Source of the DNA: Eledone cirrhosa
Taxonomy: Eukaryota
Length of the DNA stretch: 64,000 nucleotides
Assembly: GCA_964016885.1 (NCBI GenBank)
Contig: OZ024740.1
Location: 146,196,001-146,260,000 of the forward strand
Direction of reading: 5' to 3'
A model generated the notes under the pieces. The model was not told the origin of the DNA. It saw nothing but the letters and a program-made list of their open reading frames with translations, and ran no database searches. Positions 35,860-48,529 of this stretch are shown in pieces. The position numbers and the translations under genes are program-made. The first letter of the stretch is position 1. Every line of letters starts with the position of its first letter.

Positions 35860-36829
35860 GTAAATAAAATGGAAATCTATTCTTTTATGTTGGTAATAGG
35901 AAGGGCATCCAGTCATAGAAAGCTTGTCAAACATACTCTTCAGTTATGTTAGACATGGAACCCCCTCCCCTTGTGTTGGTGATCTACATGATAAATGTCT
36001 CCAGTACACTATGTAATGTGGTTGATGGTAGGAAGGGTATCCAGCCATAGAAAACTTGCCAAACAGAAGTTTTCTTAAGTTGTCAGATATGACAGCCTTC
36101 CTTATGTTGGTACCACAAATGCACTCAGTTGAGTTCAGGAACATATGTAAGCAAGATGTAGGTCTCCGGTCCATCTGAGAGATCAGTAACTCCAATTGTG
36201 TACTGATTTGGTCTGTGAAAATCCGTCCAACCCTTGCTGTAAAACAGATGTTAAATGATTGACATTAATCCCATTACTTCTAATGTGTAATGTGTTGCCT
36301 TACTATTTGTAAGCAAGACATTAGTCAACCTGAGGCTTAGCTGGTGTCACTTGCTGATGGTGTGTGTAGTGAGATCAAATCCAAGATTGTGGTTATAAAA
36401 CAAACTTAACTCCACATTCATATCTGTCCCTATATTGTAATGTTTGAAAGTGTTTAAAGAAGAAAAAAAATCAATGGAAAAATTGATTTATCAATTTTTA
36501 TCTAATACCTTTTCAGAGGATTTTTTAAAAAGTATTTTCAGTAACTGTTTTTATTTTTATGGTAACTTTCATTTAATACTCTTGTTCTTTTCTTCTACAT
36601 CAATTTTGTTCATTGCATCTTTCATAATATTACAATAAACAATAGCCATTTGTGTTTATAGATAATTACTTTACTTTCTATAAATTTTAATCCTTTATCT
36701 TAGAGAACATATTTTGACAACTTAACTATTTTTAATTATTCAGTACATGTGTGTGTTTCATTAAAAGACATGTAATCAAATTCATCCAAGTTTTAAATAG
36801 AATTTAATGTTTGTTTGATTATTTTTCAG

Positions 36830-36976
36830 TTATTTGGCTTCCTCTTCATTGTATTGCTCATTTGTTACCTACGGAAACCGCCACCACAGCAGCCTGATGA
36901 TGTAGTGTATGAGATGGCTCGCACTCAAGAGAAAGCTCCTTATCCAACTCGTGGAAACACTTACTCCAATTTGTAA
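36830..36976 (+). CDS. Tetraspanin last coding exon: LFGFLFIVLLICYLRKPPPQQPDDVVYEMARTQEKAPYPTRGNTYSNL*
   Basis: tttttcag acceptor. Completes TM4 in frame and ends at TAA 36974-36976. Absent from the ORF track. Confidence 0.9.
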   Translation, partial: LFGFLFIVLLICYLRKPPPQQPDDVVYEMARTQEKAPYPTRGNTYSNL

Positions 36977-37875
36977 CTGCTCCAAAAAGAGACTTTTTCC
37001 ACTGGTCTAATTTAGGCAACAGTGACTGTTATTGCACTAGATGCCCACTTTCCTGTGAATATTGTGTGTATAAAGTTGGTTTACCAGTGGAGAAAATGTC
37101 CTGGAGGTTTCTGTCTGGTACCTTATGGGTAATATCTACTAAAAAGAAAATTGAAAGAGAACTATAGACTCAATATAGTTTGTCAATCCAAAGTGATGGA
37201 TTTAAAACTGCTACAAAAGTCTCATTGTGTAACTTTTTCTCCTCAACTTATTTCTTTAAGAAACAAAAAGTTATATTGTGACTAAGTATTGTTGACTTCA
37301 TTTACTTTCCCTGGCTTATTTTTGCAGTTGGGTTTATCTATTGCCATATTAAAAACATGAATTTGTATAGTGTCTCTTCTTTACAAAAAATATATTGAGT
37401 TTCATAAAGAAGGAAAAAAAAAAATGAGCAAACAATTTAAAGACATACCAAAATTGCAATTAATTTGCCTATCTTCACCAAGTACATTACTTCTCTACAT
37501 CAGTGTTTGAAATCATTTGTCATCTCAAATTTCAATCCAAATATATTTTTATTTGGTGTATATTTATTCTTTACATAATAATAGTTTTAAATATAAGTAA
37601 AACTTGAATGAAACAACATCAAAAGATAAAAAAGAGCATTTAAAGAAAATTATTAAAGAAAAAAATAAATTTTAACATTGAAGACATTAAAACATGAAAT
37701 TTCTTTAGGAGATACAGAAAGATGTTACTTAATATTGTAAGAAATCATAAATGATACCGAATGCTTAACTTAATTTTATTGCTGGTTATAATAAATAGCT
37801 CTTATTTTGGCCCTAGTTCAAATCTTACTATTTTTTGTTAAATTAAAACTGGAACTCGTCTTAATTTGGCAAATG

Positions 37876-37921
<46 letters not shown>

Positions 37922-39242
37922 GGGATGAGGCAATGAAAAATGAAATATTATTCTACTATTGCTAAATGTGTCTGTTCTGAGACGCTCTATAAAGACTGTA
38001 AATAGGAATTTCAAAGTGTTAAATGCTTACAAGTGCTTTTCATTGAGAATCAATTACAAATTATAATGAAAAACAAAATATTTACATTGTTGCATCTTTT
38101 CCTTTTAATTTGATCCCTGTTGAAGAGAAATCTTAAACAGTTTTCAGTTCCATTATAGAAAATTAGTTTTAAACTTTGTCAACACAAAATTCTACTTTAA
38201 ATTAATAATGGCTTTACTTTCCATATTCTGGTACCTCATAATACTCATATAATTGACTTGATTCACTTTGAGTGAAGTGTATTTACATTTTTATATGTTC
38301 ATTTCAACATTCCAGCAATTTTTTTTTAAAGATTGTAGTTTTATGAAATTAGTCAGCCTTTATAGAAATATGTTAACATTTATAACTGCTTATTCTAATG
38401 AGAAGACATTTTTGTAGCGTGCTGTTTCCAGGAAGTACTGCTAAAATCTGTCGCGTTGAAAAAGGTGCTCTGTAGAAACTTTGAATTGAAGTGTTCCACA
38501 TTAATAGGTGGTGCTAACTTAACTATTCTACATTATAGATGGCACTTTGTCAATGTGGTCCATATTAGTGGAAAGTACTGTATTTAATAGGAATGAACAT
38601 AGTAGATTGTTTAAAAATGAAGTGAGGTGCTGCTAAACTGTTAACATCACTGCCAAAATAGTTGTATTTGGTCTAAATTAACTTAATTACTTGATTAACA
38701 ACAAAATATTAGTATTTATTTGTTACCATGAATTCACTGTCATTATCACCCTGTGTGTTAGGACAAAAGACAACATAAGTAGTAGTAGTATCGAATGAGA
38801 TGCCTTGAAGTATTTAGTTATCTTCTGAGTTCAAATCCCATTATTATGAGTTGATAAAATAAGTAGCTGTGAAGTTGTCATTCAACTACACCCTCTGCTA
38901 AATTGTCGATGGCCTTGTGCTAAACTTAGAAATTATTATTGCCCACTATGGCTTGAGTCAAACTGGATGCTAGTAATACATGATCTGATTTATAAGTGAG
39001 TCTCAGTAAAAAAAAAAATTATGCAATAAGAATTTTTTTCGGTGAAGTATCTCTTTCATTTTGCCTTTAAGTGAAGTTTTGGTTCAGTTCACCATTTGAC
39101 ATGTCTGTGTATAACGTATTGTCAGTTATATATATTAATCATGAATATTCAGCATGTATTGGCTTTCATTTTGACATCCAAACCCAAAACGAATTATCAT
39201 TTATATAAGTTATACCTGAAACAATTGTAAATATATCATCTA

Positions 39243-39274
<32 letters not shown>

Positions 39275-39602
39275 GTGTATGTATGTGTGTGTGTATATGT
39301 ATGTGTGTGTATGTGTGTATATGTATGTATGTGTGTGTATATGTATGTGTATATATATATGAAATGTATGTGTTTAAATACATGTCTAAATGTGTGTGGG
39401 TGTGTATTATATATATATGTATATATATACACACACACACGCATACATATTTAACAATTTATCCTTACAAAATTATCTTTCACGCCAAAGAGCAAAATTA
39501 TATGATCCGTTTGTAAAGATAGTCAAATATACATTCTCTATCTTGTATTGAGTACTTATTTGAAATGGTTCTCCCTTACTCTTATAATAAGAGAAACCAA
39601 TA

Positions 39603-39655
<53 letters not shown>

Positions 39656-39980
39656 ATGTGTGTATATGTGTATATGTGTGTATATATGTATATGTGTGTA
39701 TATATATATCTGTATATGTCTATATAAATGTGTATGTATGTATGTATGTATATATATGGCTATGTATGTATGTATATATATATGGCTAAATATGTATGTC
39801 TAAATATATGTGTATATATTCATATATCTAGATATATACATTTATATTTTTGTCAAGAGACAAATATCGGACTAAAAACTAAAGATTCAATTTAAATGTT
39901 GGTCTCTACATTTATTCTAATTCTTTGCCAAGCCTTTCAAGTAGGAAATGATCATGAGAGAGAGAGAGAGAGAGAGAGAT
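39243..39980. repeat. (TG)n/(TA)n/(CA)n/(GA)n microsatellite cluster
   Basis: Read directly. Confidence 0.9.
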
Positions 39981-42900
39981 GATCTTTACTGCAGCTAAGC
40001 TCACTTGGCAACTTAAGAAGACTACATGACAATGCTTATCCCCTATTTGATTTTGTTATCAATATTGAATGGCATTTCTGTATTGTATCTTTTATTTTTA
40101 TTTTTATATTTTCATATCTATTTTTTCAGACAAAATATTATGGAAGGGGGGTTATGTCTATGAAAAATATGTTATTTTAGTTTTTGTAGTTATTGACACA
40201 TTAAAAGAAATATATATATAGAGAGATATTAAAATTTATTCTGTTGCCTTTTTTTTTTTACTTTTTTTATGCAAGTGTGTTTTCCTATTTCTTTTTTTTA
40301 ATGTTTTGTGGAAATACGATATTTAAAAAGTCTTTAAAAATCGAAGTTGTTTATTCTTAGATAACCCTTGATCGAGCAGACCTATGACCAAAGGTATTCT
40401 TTGGATTTGCTAAGTATTTAATCTTGACTTTAAAAGGTTTTAAAGTATATTGCTACAATCTTTTCAGCTTAGACTGCAAATGAATGCTGAACTATTATGC
40501 TATCTTTTTATTCTTCCTTTCCTTTTGAAATCATATATATATATAATTTACAATTGCATATTTTTTAGATAGACATTACACTTTGTTATACTCCAGTTTT
40601 AGTTATTGAACGATTGATTGCTTACATTATGGATATATATATAGGAAATAACTTTTTTTTTAAATAACATTAGCTTCTTTAACTTCATCGAATAACAAAA
40701 CTCCATAGTTGCAATCTGTGAATATTCTGGTTGGTTTTCTAGAAATATGTATAAGTGCCACTTCATTTTAAGTTAAACTTAAAAATCTGTTCTCTTGCTC
40801 AATATTTGAGAGAGGGGTAGTGACTAGTCTAACTTTCTCTTTATTCTCTATCTACAAGATTATTCAAAAGTGCAAGTTGACTCATTCACATATATTTAAA
40901 TAACTTTCCAAATGCATATTTTCCATTTTTCTAAATATTTTTCATTATTCTTGAGACAAGAATTATATCTTTAAGTTAAAACATGTTTTTACATACATTT
41001 AATTTCATAGACTAAACTATGATGGGTATCTCAAAGGAACTTAGTTTGCCCATGACCCTGTCTATTGACCTGAATAAAGGAATTCTTGAGCATATCAAAC
41101 AAGGCAAAGCGGAAGATATTTAATTTCATAATGGTAAAGCTATCATTAATTATTTGCTATATTTGGGTTGATTCTCAATTTTTAAATAACATTTATTTGA
41201 ACAGGCTGAAGTAGGTTTAGTTTTTCTATTAATTTTTAATTCACAATTTCATCAAATGATAATTATGAAACTTAATTAACATTAAAGGGAAAAAAATGAA
41301 TCCATCTTCTTGCTCTGTTTTTTTTTTTGTTTTTTGTTTTTTTTAAGCACAAAATCTTGAAAGTCCTGGAATACTGGCAGTGCCTTGAACAGCTACTAAT
41401 GTACATGATTTGTGACACTAATTGGTTGTGAGCCTTAGTGACACATTTTCATATAATATAAATTGTCTTGCAGAATGCCAAGTCGAATTACAATATAAAT
41501 ATTATAGAAAGTAACAAAAATAACTGTTCTCTTCCAGTTTCACCAAACATTGTGCACATTTGCAATGTTAAATATTTTTTGAAATTGAATAAAGATTTAT
41601 TAAATATTTTTCAGTTTAGTTTTTTTTTTTTTTTTTTTTTTTCTTCAATATTAGGTGCACATTGTATGTTTGTAATCTGACTAGATAAACATTCCAAAAG
41701 TTGCCCTGCAGCTTTAAACTAATTATTCACACTATAAGAGCAACAGCATTGTGTATTAGCAATCACAAAATATATGGTTAAATACATAGATATTTAGCAA
41801 AGATCAACATTGTAAAAATTCATTTGAGTTGAAGATTTTGTAACAAAAATATTTTTGTTTTTTAATATTGGAACGTGTTCTTGTCATGTAAACCATTTGA
41901 GCTAAAATAATTAAATTGAGGATACCTTTCATAATTCTAAAATAGCCTATCAAATAATACTACTACTACTACAATGAAACTGTATAAGAAATCAATTACA
42001 ATCGCTAATTTCTAAAATGTTTACTGAATTAAATTCCATCCCTTTTACCTTACATGTTTCTTGGGCAGATATATTGGCACAAATTCTAGTCTTGAATATA
42101 CTTTACCATAATTGATTTGGTTTAAATCCTGATGAAGTTGACTTTGTCATTCATTACTTTGGAGTCACAATAACTATCAATAATAATATGGGGTTTGATT
42201 TAGTTGTTTCCTCCCCATGCTACAAAAATGGCTTAGTACTGAGTGAATGAAATTCATATTTTCATATTGGCAGTTTAATAAGGTAAGACAAATATACCTA
42301 TTGTGTTGGTATAACATGAATGATTTGGTGGGTATTAAAAATAGGTTCTTGCAATGGAAGGACAATCAAGATTTTTTTTTTTTTTTTTTTTTTATTCTTG
42401 ATGCAAAATGTTTGAATAATTGTCTGGACTGAAGAGAAACTGATAATATTGACCAATCTATTTCTCCTGATTTGAATGTGTTGTGGATTCTCACTGCCAT
42501 ATTTTCTTCACCAACAATTCTCTAACATTGATTCTAACTTCTGTAAGACTATTCTGGATATTTGTATGGTCATTCTATTGTTTAGCAGCTGTCAGTCCTA
42601 CAATAGGGGTATTTGTCTATTGGTAGCCATTCTTCTCATTTGTTTTCACACATCTGCAGAATCAATGAAATTACAATCTGTAGATTCAATCAGACTTGTT
42701 ATTTCTCCATAACATTCAACTTTTCACTTAACACATTTCCCTTCTTCATTCAACATGTATTCTATTTTTCCTACTTCAAGACCATTTCTTTTTGTCCCAT
42801 CTTCAAATTAAAACAGTTTTGAACTACTAGGATCTCTTCCTTGTATTATTGGAGATATATTCCTTACTTTCTACAATAACACAGGTTTTGCTTATTTGCC

Positions 42901-43695
42901 AAGTGGAAGAATTGTAAGTTTAAAAATAGTCTTTAACTTCATTACCCTTGAACCAAATTTCCCCCATCCCCTTCCACTACACAAATACAAGGTAAGTAGG
43001 TGTCAACATATTCACTATATAAATGGATTAAATAATTGAAGTAGAATAAAATGTGGTGAAAGAAAAGCAATGACTAATATTTTTTCAATTTTCAAACAAT
43101 ACAAAGGATAACTTTAGCATCAACGAAATGTAGTCTCTGTTAATTTGCATAAGTGATAAACAAATTGTAAGGTAAATTTACAGAAGTGTATCTTAGTTGG
43201 TATGTGTGTGTGTGTGTGGGGGGGGGGGGGATTAAATAATACTGAGATGCCACTTGCATGACATATCTACAAACGAGTTGAGCCACAAATATATTTTGCT
43301 CAATGTCAATTTCAGCTGAAGAAAAGAAATTGTAAATTTTAATGTTGCAAAAAGATAAATTAATCAGATAATTGTACAACAAACACTTAAACTGCAGAGT
43401 TTGTATGTAAGATGACAATAATACTTCAAATCTCTGAATCTTTAAGTATTGTGTAACTCAAGTTCCATACAATTGTTTTGTTGTATAAGATAGTTTATGA
43501 AAAAGATACATGTAGACTTCAGATGGTTATATGAAGCAGGTGAAAATTTGGTTCCTATTTCTATGAGAGTTGATACATCTAACAATACCCTAATTTTATA
43601 TTACAATGCACAAATAAATCTGTAGCGGAAGTGTTCTTTTTTTTTTTTTTTTTTTTTTGTTTCCCTCTTGTATATTTTTTTTCTTTAACATAAAC

Positions 43696-43739
<44 letters not shown>

Positions 43740-45429
43740 TTGATTATCTCAGGAAATTGGTCAAAATTTCGGAAAACATCTAGCAATGGTTCAACATAAC
43801 CATAATGATGGTTGAGACATGTTTCAATCTTAAAATCTGGGTACACCACCCAACTCCCATAAATTATATGAAATAGTGAAGATAAAAACAAAGTTGGTAA
43901 AATAAATTTCCAAATGTTTTTTTTTTTTCCCCTTAAAGATTAGAGCATTTATTCATCAATTGTGCATAAGTTCTCATGAACAGCATTGCCATAACCCTGA
44001 GAAAGATATCAACATACAACCGCATTTCACTTGCTCAATAATTCATATATTTTATGTAAGAAATTAATATTACTGAGTTTCAAGTATTGAATGAAATAAA
44101 CTACGAGTTCACCTAAGATTTATTATGGATGAATTCCTTTACATTTATACCCCCAGTGTTTCAAGAAATCACTTTTTGCATCTATTTTCCATGCTGGCAT
44201 GGGTTAGATGAGTTATGTTCTGAGATTTGATAGGTCAATGTCCATGCCTTGTTTATACATTCCATTTTGGCATGGTTTCTCCCCAACACCAACCACTTTG
44301 CAGTGTGGACTGGCTGCTCTTCATTATGACACCAGCACGACTACTCTTTGGAGTAGGCTGGGTGCATCTTTATTGTGGCACCGGTTTTTAGTAAAATTTA
44401 GACATGATACTCCAGTATATCCAAAACTAATAGTTTAAACTAACCAAAGAACAATAAAATTAGTTAGCCTTAGAATCTTTTTTTTTTTTTTTTTTTTCTA
44501 CCTGTACTCTAGCAGGCTTGGTTTTTTTGGTTTTTTTTGGTTTTTTTTTATTTTTTTAATGAAACAGCAATATGTATTTTTGTTTTGTTCTTTTTGTAAA
44601 ATGTAGAAATGAGATGTTAGTTGGTAAATTCTACATTACTGAGCTGCAACTTCAGCTAAGTAATATAAATTGATTGATTGGCAAGATTTAAAAAAAAAAA
44701 TTTTATATATTGAATACATAAAAGAAGATAGAAGTGCAATTTCAAGGCTGCAAAAATCTTAAATGTTTCAGTTGTTAAAATACTTAATTTTTTTTTTTTT
44801 CCTTCAAATATTCAGGCGTCCTTGTGTTAACTTTGATATACCATGTCACAGTATTAAACTACGACCTTCCAAGGAAACTGTCTCCACTTTTATCCAAAAA
44901 TTATATTTTATTTAAATGATCTCTAATCCAACCATTATTTTTGAATTCTTGTTCTACAATTTTGTATTCTGTACAAAATTTAAACATTTTTTTTTTTTTT
45001 TTTACCTTCTCTTAGTCTTGTCTTCTATTGTTAATCTTTATTCTTTTATATATATATATATATATATAAATATATACCTGAAAAATACATATTCTTTTTC
45101 TATCAATTACTGTTGTAAAACATTTGCTGTTTTTAAGAATTGTAACTTGATCTGTAATGAAATTATTTTTTTTTTTAGTTCAGCTTTTTGTATATTTCGA
45201 TGTAAATGATCAGTGGGGTTTGTATATTTTTTAAAGATTAGAATGATGTTTTTTTTTTTTCCTTTCCATTCTTGCATTGTTCGCAATATTTTTGTCTAGC
45301 TGGAAAAATACAGTTGTGAAGCCCTTGTTTTAGTGCTTCTGTAGCCAGACATCATTTCACTTAACCACTGAAAAATACAACTCTCCCAATTATTCCCCCA
45401 TAATTCATGTCTGAAGATATTCTTTGATC

Positions 45430-45435
45430 AATAAA
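45430..45435 (+). terminator. Candidate distal polyadenylation signal of the tetraspanin
   Basis: AATAAA followed by a GT/T-rich downstream element (GTTGTGTTGTATGTGGGTTTTTT). More proximal AATAAA also exist, e.g. 37790. Confidence 0.4.
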
Positions 45436-45597
45436 TCTTGTTGTCTATCAGTGTCAGTTGTGTTGTATGTGGGTTTTTTTTTTTTTTCCTTCCCACAGAT
45501 AGGAAGGGGGCCTTTATGAACCAAAAACCTGGGTCTCATGTCAGCAAGCTTAATTCTATTTGAAGATAATTTGTATTGTGCAGGGGGTGAGTTAAAT

Positions 45598-45772
45598 GTT
45601 AACTCTTTAGCATTTAAACCAGCTGTATCTGGCCAGAATTCTCACCTCTTTCTGTTAAAATCACCCATAACTAGCCCTTTATACTGAAGTTAAGGTATTG
45701 TTCTCAAAATAAATATCAAAATATGTGAGATAAAGCCTTTACCATGAAAATACAAACTAATATAAATGCTTA
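45598..45772 (+). mobile_element. piggyBac-type TTAA MITE, decayed
   Basis: Starts ttaactctttagcatttaaacc and is homologous to 52784-53011. Confidence 0.7.
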
Positions 45773-46114
45773 AGTAGTGTTCTATCATAAGTGATTGTAT
45801 TGTGAATGATGAAAGGAGTAGTAGTTTCAAATAAAGAAAATAGAAGGCAAAGGAAAGATTGCATTTTCAGAGATTCCCGTTTTCTTCCCAACAGTACTTC
45901 TGAAAACACATCTAAACAAGTCAACCAAAATATGGAAATACTGGCACTCCAATGAGGATTATGTTCACTTCGAAGAGTGGTTTTAAAAAATGAAAAAAAT
46001 AAAAATTGCTAGGAAGTAAATTACAAGGTTTTTTTTTCAAAGCAGTTATATATTCTCCAATTTCATCAGCACCTGATATCACTTGGTGTAGCAGAACCCA
46101 ACAGCAATGGTGTT

Positions 46115-47330
46115 ATTATAATGAAAATATTGTGTAGTGCTCAGGTGCACTACAACTCATTAAAAGTGTATGCATAGTACATAGGGTAATGTACAAACGT
46201 CCATACAAGACTTAGCGAAGTCAAGGTAAACAACATCCACCCATGAGCCACTGTCAGTGATCCGGGTAATGTCTTCAAGGAACTCGATAAGCTGATCACA
46301 GCAGCTGGAGTTAGGGATAAATCCAAATTGCGAGGGCTGGATGAGGCTGTGAGAGCTCCAAAAGTTTCAAAGTGTTTTTCTGACACAGGATTCCATCAGT
46401 TTGGCAATACAGCTAGTAAGACTGATTGGACGATAGTTGACAGGTGATGTGCGGTCGCCCTTTTTGAATAGGGGAATGACACTGGCAGTTTTCCACTACC
46501 TAGGAGTAGCACCATTGTTGAGACAGTATTGAAAGAAAGAAAGCTGGTGCAAAAGAAAGTACCCGCCACGTTTGAGAAGCAGGTATGTAACACCATCAAG
46601 ACCAGGGGAGGCATAGTTGTGCTTATTCTTAAGGTGACGTCGCAACATTGCAGGTGTAAATTCCATAGTTGTTATGGAATTTGATGTTAGAGATGGTACA
46701 TTCTGGTTTTCAACAGTAAAAATGCTTGCATAGCACTCAGCAATGAGTTCTGCGCATTCTTTGGGATCATCAGTGATCTGGCTTGTGTGGGGATTGTGAA
46801 GAGGACCAACTGGAGAGTGAGGTCTCAGCTTTGAATGTACATATTTCCAGAACACCTTACTATCAGGATTGGTTGCTATGCACTGTCCAAATTCAAGCAC
46901 TGCCTTTTTTGTCACTTGCTTGGGATGGTTGGAAGATTTATTCCGCTTTTTTCTGTTGGCATCTTGATTTATGCAGTTTATATTCCCGTTCAGCATGCCG
47001 ACGTTCTTTCCTGGCAAGTCGGACTGCTGAAGTTTCCCAAATTGCACTTTTTGGGTGGGGTTTTTTCTGCTTACGTGGCACTGATGCTGCACACGCTATC
47101 CATATTGAGTCCAGGATGCTCTGGAGTATAGTGTTCACATCTCCAGAGTTATAGAACTCGTGCTAGTTTGGGTGCTGTAGCTCAGTGCAGTACAAGTTCC
47201 AATCTGCTTTCTTCTAATCAAAGCAAGCAGATTGGAGATGGTTCTGGTTTTTGTTGCTGCCCACAAGAGGCAGATTGGCAATGATCATAGCATGATCAGT
47301 TGCCTAGAGGTTCCTCAGTAGTACAAATGA
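46115..47330 (-). mobile_element. CR1-clade LINE remnant (EN-RT linker and RT start joined to the 3' tail)
   Basis: KVFWKYV...ASPGLDG...WKTASVIPLFKKGDR...NYRPISLTS. Segment ~46120-46190 matches the CR1 3' end at ~54833-54900. Confidence 0.8.
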
Positions 47331-48283
47331 TAACCACTTCAGGAGTAGGGAATATCTGAGCTGTTATTGCCCACACTATAATATACTTCTTTTCTTTCCT
47401 TATCCATGCAGCCACTACCACCACTCCAATCTTTAACCATTTAGAGTATTATTTTTTTTTTTTCCTTAAATCAATTTCTGACCATTTTGAAAGCCACATT
47501 CAAAACAAACAATAGGAAATACAAATTTCATGCTGAAAATGAAACAGTGTAATATTGACCTCAAATATACCCCATCCCCCTTTACAATTGTCCTGGGAGA
47601 TTTTTTTGTCACATATTTCTCAGATTGTATGAGTTTATATGGTATTGTTTACTACTTGCTGCAGATTTGCTCTGATCTTAGCATTAGTCTTTCACTCATT
47701 TACTTCTGCCATATCCATAATGACCCATTTTCTGCTTCCTTCCCCTGTTTGGGAATTAGTGCTTTACTGCGCTTTCTAAGTCCAATACTAACCAAGTAGG
47801 ATTTATTGGATTTAGCTACACATCTGAACCTCTAACCTCCACTGGAAGCACCATACACTATCATCCTCATACCCCACACAATTCTTTGAGTCCTTCAAAT
47901 ATTGCCTTCCCAAGGCACTGATTGCAGAGATTTTGTTCCATTGGAGAAGAATGATATAGAATTGGAATCTGTATATGAAATAGATGGAAGTTTGACAATA
48001 GAAAAACGATTGGTTGTCTAGTGAGCAAAATAACAGCATTTTCACCATTGTATTAACATGCCTGTTTAGTTATAAAATACTCCAACTCAGATAGCTAATT
48101 CTTATCAACTCTGACCTCATCAGCATGACAGAAAAATGTAACAATGTATAGTTTTCATAAATAATAGATCACAAAATTGATATAGTGCAATTTCTGATTA
48201 GTTTAAAATTGCAACAAAAATTTACAATTGGATACATTCCTAAGGAAAAACATAATTAACAGGCTTGTTTAATGAGACATAGA

Positions 48284-48289
48284 TTTATT
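48284..48289 (-). terminator. Candidate polyadenylation signal of ACTL6
   Basis: AATAAA on the minus strand about 160 nt after the stop codon. Confidence 0.55.
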
Positions 48290-48448
48290 AGGTCACATGT
48301 ATTAGCTAGTCGATGAATGAAAGTTTAGTGATTTGAACGATGGTCATCTTTATGACATTTGTAAATAGACAAAGTAACAGATCCTTGAGGTGTTGCCAGT
48401 ATTCCTGCCACTACTGCGGATATGAACTGAAGTCCAAGAGGCTATAGG

Positions 48449-48529
48449 TTATGGACACTTGCGTTCCACACAGCCTTTCCCTCCATCTTCATATTCCTGC
48501 TTGGAAATCCACATCTGTTGAAAGGAGCC
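48449..48529 (-). CDS. ACTL6: Actin-like protein 6 (BAF53/Arp4) last coding exon: [26 protein letters not shown]
   Basis: ctttgcag acceptor. The C-terminus CVERKCP is characteristic of ACTL6 rather than conventional actin. Absent from the ORF track. Confidence 0.95.
   Translation of the reverse strand, partial: GSFQQMWISKQEYEDGGKGCVERKCP

Noticed and set aside
38500-38548. Two CTCF-like half motifs (TAGGTGGTGC, TAGATGGCAC)
   Set aside because: The 5' CC part of the motif is missing, so these are too weak to call without ChIP data.
39166-39803. Cys/Val/Tyr- or His/Thr-rich ORFs
   Set aside because: Translations of (TG)n/(TA)n microsatellites.
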